Assembly (NCBI GenBank): GCA_029266015.1
Contig: JAJUFK010000001.1
Coordinates: 1 to 53,608, forward strand
Direction of reading: 5' to 3'
DNA from: Bacteroidota bacterium
GTDB lineage: Bacteria > Bacteroidota > Bacteroidia > Bacteroidales > UBA1715
Length of the DNA: 53,608 bases
Shown: positions 8,337-15,680 of the stretch, in pieces
Numbering within the stretch: the first letter of the stretch is position 1
How the letters are laid out: each line of letters starts with the position of its first letter
Translations under genes and position numbers: made by a program
The notes under the pieces: generated by a model
Database searches by the model: none
What the model was told of the DNA's origin: nothing
Seen by the model: the letters and a program-made list of their open reading frames with translations, nothing else

Positions 8337-9740
8337 ATGGATGAAGTAAAAAATCATCTTGCTCATATGATAGATTTTGCTATCAACTATTTTACTCAAA
8401 TTCAAAAAAAATACGGAAAAGACAAAGAACGCAAAACAGAAATCAGAAATTTTGAACAAATAGAAGCAACTCAAGTTGTAATAGCTAACACTAAATTATA
8501 TGCAAATTTAGAAGATGGTTTTGTTGGCACATCGCTCAAAAAAGACACATTTATTTGCGATTGTTCTGATATTGATGACATTATAGTATTTATGCAAGAC
8601 GGTAAATACAAAATATCAAAAGTGAGTGACAAAGCATTTTTTGGAAAAAATATCATACATATTGGTGTATTCAGGAAAAATGATGAACGTACAATTTACA
8701 ACGTTGCGTATCGCGATGGTAAATCAGGAATAACTTATATGAAACGATTTGCTGTAACGGGCATAACTCGTGACAAAATCTATGATGTTACTAAAGGAAC
8801 ACCTAATTCAAAAGTCTTATATTTTAGTGCAAATCCTAATGGTGAAGCCGAAATTATAAAAGTGTATTTACGTCAGAATCCTCGTTTACGCAAAACTATT
8901 TTTGAAGTTGATTTTAGCACACAAGTTATTAAAGGAAGAAATTCACAAGGAAATATTTTAACAAAGCATCCATGCTTCAAAATAATTAAAATAGAAGAAG
9001 GCGTATCTACTTTAGGTGGAAGAAAAATATATTTTAACTTTGAAACAAAACGATTAAATGATGGCGGTTATGGTGAATATTTAGGGGAATTTAAGGGGTC
9101 AGACAAAATATTGGTTCTTACAGCCGACGGCAAGTATACTCTTACCACTTTTGATTTAAGTAATCACTACGAATATGAAATTCTAAAAATCGAAAAATTT
9201 GATGATTCTAAAATTTGGACAGCCGTGTTCTACGACGGTGAACAAGAAAATTATTATATAAAACGATTCGAAATTGAAGAATCAAGTAAATTCATAAGTT
9301 TTATTGGTGAACATGAAAAATCATATTTAGTAGCTGTAAATGATGATGTGTATCCACAACTACAAATAGAATTTGGAGGCAAACATGCTTCTCGCGAACC
9401 TGAATTAATTGATGTAGATGAATTTATTGGTGTAAAAGGTATAAAAGCTCGTGGTAAACGTATTACTACCTTTACTGTAAAAACAATAACATTTATTGAA
9501 CCATTAGAAAAAATTGCATCTTCAGACGACACAATTGATCCTGAATCAGAAATTGGAGAAGAAGACTCTTCTGATGACACTATTGAACCTGAAAGTGATT
9601 CTGAAATAGATTCTGAAAATACAATGGTAGAAACAACAAATGATGAAAAAATAAATATAAATACGTTATCGTCTGTAAAACCTAAAAAAGAACCGCCTCA
9701 AAATTCATCAAATACGCCAAGTCAAATGTCATTATTTTAG
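8337..9740 (+). CDS. parC: DNA topoisomerase IV subunit A (ParC), C-terminal fragment (rest of coiled-coil arm, beta-pinwheel CTD, acidic tail)
   Basis: 467 aa. The ATG immediately follows the TAA of the previous ORF in the same frame. It begins inside the conserved helix that precedes ...KYGKDKERKTEI. Repeated beta-pinwheel blades follow, then a D/E/S-rich tail. Confidence 0.85.
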   Translation: MDEVKNHLAHMIDFAINYFTQIQKKYGKDKERKTEIRNFEQIEATQVVIANTKLYANLEDGFVGTSLKKDTFICDCSDIDDIIVFMQDGKYKISKVSDKAFFGKNIIHIGVFRKNDERTIYNVAYRDGKSGITYMKRFAVTGITRDKIYDVTKGTPNSKVLYFSANPNGEAEIIKVYLRQNPRLRKTIFEVDFSTQVIKGRNSQGNILTKHPCFKIIKIEEGVSTLGGRKIYFNFETKRLNDGGYGEYLGEFKGSDKILVLTADGKYTLTTFDLSNHYEYEILKIEKFDDSKIWTAVFYDGEQENYYIKRFEIEESSKFISFIGEHEKSYLVAVNDDVYPQLQIEFGGKHASREPELIDVDEFIGVKGIKARGKRITTFTVKTITFIEPLEKIASSDDTIDPESEIGEEDSSDDTIEPESDSEIDSENTMVETTNDEKININTLSSVKPKKEPPQNSSNTPSQMSLF

Positions 9741-9745
9741 ATATT

Positions 9746-10411
9746 CTATTCATCATCATCGTCGTCGGTATCTATGGTATTTGTGGGTTGCACCACCGAT
9801 TTTGATGATTGTTGTTTTACTTCATATTTCTGAGGTTTTGAAATTATTGTTTGTTTACGAATAACACTTTGATCAGTTGAAAAATCTGTAATTTTAGTAT
9901 TTTCAATTATTAATTCACCTATCGAAGAATCTTCAACTTCAAATTCAGAAATTACCGAATTTTTTATACTAATTTGCGTAACAGACAGAGCACTGATACT
10001 CAAATAAGAACATGTAATATTTTCTATTACCAATTTTGAAATAATTGAAGAATCAATCATAATATCGGTATGTTTAGTATTACCTATCCAATATTCACCG
10101 GTTATAATTTTAGAAATAGATATATTTTCAGGATTTATAAATTCTTGAACTATTTCTTGCACGGTGTCATGTAACACATCGAGAGTATCTACATCATTTG
10201 CATTTGATACAATAGTATCAGCAATTTTTAAAGGAGTTATAATAGGTGGTATTTGAATACTTTGATCACCTTTTTGCAGAAGTTGTATTGCATTACCAAT
10301 AGTTATTGTATCAATTGTGGTTTGCAATGGAATACTTATCAATTGTTGAGCATTACATACACTTATAATTACAAAAGCACAAACGAATAAAACAAATTTC
10401 ACTAATTGCAT
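9746..10411 (-). CDS. hypothetical secreted protein with poly-Asp C-terminus
   Basis: 221-aa ORF with an N-terminal signal peptide (VCNAQ|Q), an I/S/N-rich beta-type repeat pattern and a terminal DTDDDDDE. It is the last gene co-directional with the GH5 operon. No family was recognised. Confidence 0.55.
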   Translation of the reverse strand: MQLVKFVLFVCAFVIISVCNAQQLISIPLQTTIDTITIGNAIQLLQKGDQSIQIPPIITPLKIADTIVSNANDVDTLDVLHDTVQEIVQEFINPENISISKIITGEYWIGNTKHTDIMIDSSIISKLVIENITCSYLSISALSVTQISIKNSVISEFEVEDSSIGELIIENTKITDFSTDQSVIRKQTIISKPQKYEVKQQSSKSVVQPTNTIDTDDDDDE

Positions 10412-10471
10412 GTTGTTATTTTTTACAAAAATATGAAATTTGTTTTAATCTAAAAGGTAAAATTCTAAAAT

Positions 10472-11680
10472 CTACTTATTAACAGCACCACCTTGTAATA
10501 CGGCATTCAATCCTTGATAATCGGTAATTTTATATGTAGAACGATTAAAAAATCCCCATGAATTGGCACCTGTTCCTCCGGCATCCCAATAGAATGGAAC
10601 CATTTGGTTTTCAACACAAAGTTGGGTAACATATCGTAACCAATAAGCTCTTGAATTTAAATGAAGAGCAAGGCTTTCTCCTGTTAAATGAGAACGTCGA
10701 ACAACACCATATTCTCCAACTAAAACAGGAATACCTTTATCTACGAACTTTTCGCGTATCATTCCAAATAATTTTACAATTTCATCTTCTTCGCCCCAAT
10801 ATGAATTTCGAAGCGTATCGGTTTTTGAATAATATTTTTTACTCCAATAATAAGTCATACGTCCCCAATTAGCATCCTCGGTTAAGCCGCAAAAAGTATA
10901 CGGAGTATAAAAATGGACTTCAAGCATCAATCTATTTGGTACAACATCGGTAGGGAATGTATGCATAAGTTTATATGTTTTTTCAAAATCTGTAGAAGGC
11001 CCCGGCACCACTAATATACGGTATGCATTTCGGCCTCCGGTAGAACGAACGGCATCAACAAATGTTTGATAATATGAAAGTAATACAGCCATTTGTTCTG
11101 CATTCTCAACATTTGGTTCATTTGCTCCGGCAAAGAGTAATCGTTCATCATAATCTCTGAAGTAAGTAGCTATTTGTTCCCAAAATGCTTTTTGTTTTGC
11201 ATTATTTTGATCTTTGTATTGCGGTGTACAATTATTTTCTAACCACCCTCCATCCCAATGAATATTTAACAATACATACATATCATTGTCAATACAATAA
11301 TCTACTACTTCTTTTACTCGTTTAAGCCAATTTTTATCAATTTCAGCTTTTGCTGCATTTGACAGATATTGATTCCAAGCACAAGGAATTCGAATTGCAT
11401 TAAATCCGGCTTTTTTTACAGCATCTATCAATTGTTTGGTAACCATGGGATTTCCCCAAGCAGTTTCACCTCCGGTAGCTTCCATGGTATTGCCTATATT
11501 CCAACCTAAATGCATTTTAGCAGCCAATTGTATGGCATTACTTCTCATACCTGTGGTATCCGGGGCTTTGGGTGAAGTATTGTAACTTGGATATACAGGA
11601 GTATTTTGAGAAAAAACTACTGAAGAGATTAATACTATAATAAGTACTACAATACTATGTAATCGAAAAATTTTATTCAT
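10472..11680 (-). CDS. glycoside hydrolase family 5 endo-beta-1,4-glucanase (cellulase or xyloglucanase; subfamily not resolvable by eye)
   Basis: 402 aa with IRIPCAW, the acid/base motif FAGANEPN, the nucleophile motif LVGEYGV and an SPI signal peptide. Confidence 0.85.
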   Translation of the reverse strand: MNKIFRLHSIVVLIIVLISSVVFSQNTPVYPSYNTSPKAPDTTGMRSNAIQLAAKMHLGWNIGNTMEATGGETAWGNPMVTKQLIDAVKKAGFNAIRIPCAWNQYLSNAAKAEIDKNWLKRVKEVVDYCIDNDMYVLLNIHWDGGWLENNCTPQYKDQNNAKQKAFWEQIATYFRDYDERLLFAGANEPNVENAEQMAVLLSYYQTFVDAVRSTGGRNAYRILVVPGPSTDFEKTYKLMHTFPTDVVPNRLMLEVHFYTPYTFCGLTEDANWGRMTYYWSKKYYSKTDTLRNSYWGEEDEIVKLFGMIREKFVDKGIPVLVGEYGVVRRSHLTGESLALHLNSRAYWLRYVTQLCVENQMVPFYWDAGGTGANSWGFFNRSTYKITDYQGLNAVLQGGAVNK

Positions 11681-11688
11681 AAAAGGTA

Positions 11689-12927
11689 TTATTTAGTAGA
11701 TTTAGCAAGTTGAATAAACGACATATCATCAATATATACAGCCGATGCTCCTTCGAAAGTCATAATTATTTGAGTAATCTCATACAGATTCAATCCTTCT
11801 TCTTTGGCTTTAAAATATGAGAGAGGAATAGTAACTTCTCTCCAAGTTTCATCTATTGCAGCTCCTTTATAATAAGCATTTGATATACTTACACTTTTTG
11901 ACACTATAGAACCATCATCTTGTAAGCTTATAAACATAGGTACAGTTTGCATACTACCTTCTTTAGTGCGAATCCAGAAGTGTAACGCCCACGAATCCAT
12001 AACCTCGGTCATATTTACAACCTTCCAATTATTCCATGCAAAACCTGCAGAAATAACACCACATCCACTTTTAGCGGTATTCCACGATAAATACAACGAT
12101 GAAGAACCATTCTTTTTCACATCGCTAACTTCAACAAATTCTCTACAAGCATCTTTTTCTATACCCCATGCATTTAGTACTTTGTCTGAATATACTGAAG
12201 TAGCAGATAATCCTGTTTCTTTTTTAGTTCCCGAAGCATCTGTTTTTGCTATGTTTATAAGTTGTAATTCATCAATATATATAGATGCTGAACCTTCAAA
12301 AGTTGTAATTAATTGCGAAACTGATGTTACATTAACTCCTTTGGAAATAAAACGAAAATATGATAACGGAATAATCACTTCTTTCCATGTTTCATCTATT
12401 CCCGGCCCCTTATAAAATTTTTCTGATACCGACACATATTCAGTTGTTTTGTTGGCATCGTCTATAAAACTAAGAATAAGCGGCACATTTGGTAACGTTC
12501 CTTTTTTGGTACGAACCCAAAAGCGAATAGCCCATGTATCTAAAATTGTTGACATATCAATAGTTTGCCAATTATTCCAAGCCCATCCTACACCAATCCA
12601 GTCACAACCTTTTTTAGATTTATCCCATGTAATAAGAAGCGATGCTGCACCTGCTTTTTTTACAGAATCTACAACAATAAATTCTCTACAAGCATCTTTT
12701 TCGGTTCCCCAAGTATTTCGAATATCATCGGTAAAAATATCGGTTGCCGTAAATTTTTCAATATAATCAGAATTTACTTCTTTATTAATTACAAAATATG
12801 GGTCATTATCGTCGGCAGTGTTTAAAGCCAAAGGCAAAAAGTGAACACAACTGCTTAAACTGAACATTACAAGTATAATACTTGCTACATGTATTGTTTT
12901 TTTCATAGTAATCGAGTTTAAATACAT
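11689..12927 (-). CDS. surface lipoprotein with two tandem ~170-aa beta-sandwich (CBM-like) modules; candidate glycan-binding protein
   Basis: 412 aa with lipobox SLSSC (Cys27). An alternative start at 12906 gives MKKTIH.... The internal duplication has a 181-aa offset (WGTEKDACREF / WGIEKDACREF; TFEGSASIYIDE / TFEGASAVYIDD). Trp- and aromatic-rich. Confidence 0.7.
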   Translation of the reverse strand: MYLNSITMKKTIHVASIILVMFSLSSCVHFLPLALNTADDNDPYFVINKEVNSDYIEKFTATDIFTDDIRNTWGTEKDACREFIVVDSVKKAGAASLLITWDKSKKGCDWIGVGWAWNNWQTIDMSTILDTWAIRFWVRTKKGTLPNVPLILSFIDDANKTTEYVSVSEKFYKGPGIDETWKEVIIPLSYFRFISKGVNVTSVSQLITTFEGSASIYIDELQLINIAKTDASGTKKETGLSATSVYSDKVLNAWGIEKDACREFVEVSDVKKNGSSSLYLSWNTAKSGCGVISAGFAWNNWKVVNMTEVMDSWALHFWIRTKEGSMQTVPMFISLQDDGSIVSKSVSISNAYYKGAAIDETWREVTIPLSYFKAKEEGLNLYEITQIIMTFEGASAVYIDDMSFIQLAKSTK

Positions 12928-12937
12928 TGTCTATTTT

Positions 12938-13942
12938 TTAAAGTGGTTTACCTTTAGTTATTATTACAAAATCAATGTCGCATGCCAATTTGGGAGTAGC
13001 TATTCCATTTGAGAAAAGCATTACAAACATAGAAGTTATTTTGCTTATCTCCATTTTGCTGTTTCCTGCAGCATTTGCTTCGGTTTGTAGTTTGCTTAAA
13101 GGTATTGAAACTTTTTGCCATGTAGTAGCTGTGGTAGGCACTTGATATCGATATGAAAACGAATCTTCACTTGCTTCGGTATATACACCATCTCCATTAT
13201 CATCTTCTAATATTTGAAAGTTTATAAATGTATTTGCTGTACCATATCCACGAACAAAAAAGTTAATATATGTAGTTGCTGTATCAGCATCATTGAGAGG
13301 AAAATATGGTTTACCAACTATTGATTGAGCCGAAACAGGAGGAAAACTTCCTATCCAATACGAACTTCCGCCTTCAGTACCTTCCATATAGAAATAATTA
13401 ATACCTTCAGGAGCATCAGATTTATTGATACGTTTTGCTTGCTTTCCGTTACCACCCCAAAATTCTTCGGCTCCCGAACCTTCGAAATGTTTAATAATAT
13501 AGCCAACTTTAGAATAATCTCGCGGTTCAGCAATTGTAACCGTTGTTTTCATAGTATCAGGATAATCTTTAAACGAAAACACCACATCGCACACTTCTTT
13601 TCTAAAAAATATGCCATCTGCACTACCATTCCATTGTCCGGCAATTGAATCGAGATTTTTTGATTTTCCGGTAATTGTTTTCACAGCTCCCGAAGTTCTT
13701 CCTTTGATTTCAATTTTCCATTCTGCCATATTAGTCCATGAGCCTGAAAATTGAAGTACACTATCGGTCTTAAAATTAATAGCACCTGAATTTGTATATG
13801 TTAAGGAGTCCAATATTCGAAATGGTCCATATAAATCTACCAAATTTGGTCCAATTGGGTCTTCTTTTTCGCAACCTAAAAACAAATTCGTTGTAATTGT
13901 TGCAGCGAGTATATAGAATACTATTTTTTTCATAACCTTCAC
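12938..13942 (-). CDS. lipoprotein of unknown function, beta-sandwich-like C-terminal half
   Basis: 334 aa with lipobox LFLGC. It is 7 nt from the upstream gene and 10 nt from the downstream gene. No SusD-like helical repeats were recognisable. Confidence 0.65.
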   Translation of the reverse strand: MKVMKKIVFYILAATITTNLFLGCEKEDPIGPNLVDLYGPFRILDSLTYTNSGAINFKTDSVLQFSGSWTNMAEWKIEIKGRTSGAVKTITGKSKNLDSIAGQWNGSADGIFFRKEVCDVVFSFKDYPDTMKTTVTIAEPRDYSKVGYIIKHFEGSGAEEFWGGNGKQAKRINKSDAPEGINYFYMEGTEGGSSYWIGSFPPVSAQSIVGKPYFPLNDADTATTYINFFVRGYGTANTFINFQILEDDNGDGVYTEASEDSFSYRYQVPTTATTWQKVSIPLSKLQTEANAAGNSKMEISKITSMFVMLFSNGIATPKLACDIDFVIITKGKPL

Positions 13943-13949
13943 TTTTTTA

Positions 13950-15650
13950 TTAGAATTTCATTGAAAATATCATATACACTTGTTGAATTGAAAAATCATA
14001 TTCTGACTTCTGTACATGTGTAACATTATATGTACTCCCTTGCAATGTAAGAGCTATATTATCATTAAATCTATAACGAACCCCTCCGGCATATAATGTT
14101 TGCTTATTGTTGAGCGAAAAAACCGAATAATCGGTAATTTCATTAAATTCATTACGAACACTTGCATATTCAGTTCCTTCTACAGTGAGCAATTTAGCCC
14201 CGGCCAACACATCAAATCGCGGTGCTAATTCTACCACCACCCCGGCATCATATGCAATTGAATGCAAATTTACATCGGGCACTAATAATTTTCCGTCACG
14301 ATTACTCTGTGCATATTGAATGCCGGCTGTTATTTGCAATGTGTTATCTAAATCAATTAATTTATGAATTGCAAGCATTCCATTCCAGTTAAACAATAAA
14401 TAATTACGTAATTCTTCGGTACCTTCGCCTCTTACATCTTTAAGTAAATCGGCACTTAAACCAGAAGCATATACGTGTGCTGAATCGGTATAGTCTATTG
14501 CAACAGAAATCCCTTTTCTGTTAGGAGTTGCTTTACCATATGGGGTAACATGATTTAATGAATAATCATATGGCATAAGCTGTGGTGTTATAGACGGATT
14601 GTATATAGTTTGATCTTTTACTAAATCAAACAATCCAACAGAACGAGTAAATGATTTTTCTGATACTAAAGGTAATACTTGTGGTGTTGCGCTATAATTA
14701 ATTCGTTTTGTTTGTGCTCCGGCGCTTATAAAATCATCACTTACTCTACGATATGATGCTTGTAATGTAAGTTGTTTTGAAAGCAATAATTTTGTAATTC
14801 CAGCCTCAAAAAAATTACCTGCAATATCTTTTAATGCAACAGCAGATGTATCGGTATAAGCCGATACTGAGACACCTGCTTCACCAAACAAAATAAAATC
14901 TTTAACAGTAAAACGAGCTATAGCGGTTGATACCGAATTTTGATATTTTTCTTTAGTATCGTTACTAACTGTTTTGGGTAAGTCAAACAATGAAATGTAG
15001 TTGAATCCTATATATGAGCCGGAATTTATATTACATTTCACAACAGTTCCTCCCTGCAATCTATCAGGAATTATATTTCCTTCAACACTTCTATTGCGTA
15101 CCATAAAACCGGAAATATCGGCAGATTGAATAAATTTGTCAAATCCTAAACGAAAAGCACCATCAACTCCTTGTTGACGCCAAAAATTTCCATAATTAAA
15201 GTTTTCTTCTTGATTAATGTCACGAGTAAATCTAAATATTTCAGCCTCATTTTTAGACAATTCTCCATCATAATTATACAACGTATATGGGGTCATTTTT
15301 ACATCAATATCACCAAATCTGTATTTAAAAATATTACCTGCAACACCTTTTAATGATAAATGACGGAGTTGAATAGTTGCTCCTTGCCCCCAAAAACCAC
15401 CCATGGGATTAGCAAATCGCAAATCTGTTTTTAAACGAATATTATCTGATGGTTTTATATCTAACCGTAAATCAACTACTGTGTTTCCTCCTGTAGCTTG
15501 GTCAATATTTGTAGTATCAGTTTGAGGTAACCAATTACTCTCAATAGAACTACGTGCAGCTCCGTTAAAAATAACTTTTTGATTTTGTGCATATGTACAC
15601 AATCCTATAGTACTTAGAGCAATAATAATCGGAATTTTTTTCATTCGCAT
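13950..15650 (-). CDS. outer-membrane beta-barrel protein, uncharacterised family (not SusC-like)
   Basis: 566 aa with signal peptide ...CTYAQ|N, an amphipathic beta-strand pattern, Gly/Asn/Tyr richness and C-terminal ...MIFSMKF. No plug or TonB-box was recognisable. Confidence 0.7.
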   Translation of the reverse strand: MRMKKIPIIIALSTIGLCTYAQNQKVIFNGAARSSIESNWLPQTDTTNIDQATGGNTVVDLRLDIKPSDNIRLKTDLRFANPMGGFWGQGATIQLRHLSLKGVAGNIFKYRFGDIDVKMTPYTLYNYDGELSKNEAEIFRFTRDINQEENFNYGNFWRQQGVDGAFRLGFDKFIQSADISGFMVRNRSVEGNIIPDRLQGGTVVKCNINSGSYIGFNYISLFDLPKTVSNDTKEKYQNSVSTAIARFTVKDFILFGEAGVSVSAYTDTSAVALKDIAGNFFEAGITKLLLSKQLTLQASYRRVSDDFISAGAQTKRINYSATPQVLPLVSEKSFTRSVGLFDLVKDQTIYNPSITPQLMPYDYSLNHVTPYGKATPNRKGISVAIDYTDSAHVYASGLSADLLKDVRGEGTEELRNYLLFNWNGMLAIHKLIDLDNTLQITAGIQYAQSNRDGKLLVPDVNLHSIAYDAGVVVELAPRFDVLAGAKLLTVEGTEYASVRNEFNEITDYSVFSLNNKQTLYAGGVRYRFNDNIALTLQGSTYNVTHVQKSEYDFSIQQVYMIFSMKF

Positions 15651-15680
15651 ATATTCTTAATAAAATTATTTTTACTGTAT

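Noticed and set aside
11966-12825. Three plus-strand ORFs of 86-149 aa antisense to the tandem-module lipoprotein gene; similarly 7880-8215 antisense to parC and 20762-21076 antisense to GH31.
   Set aside because: These are typical shadow ORFs opposite long genes in AT-rich DNA. Their composition is unremarkable, they have no promoter boxes, and the sense genes have strong motif support.
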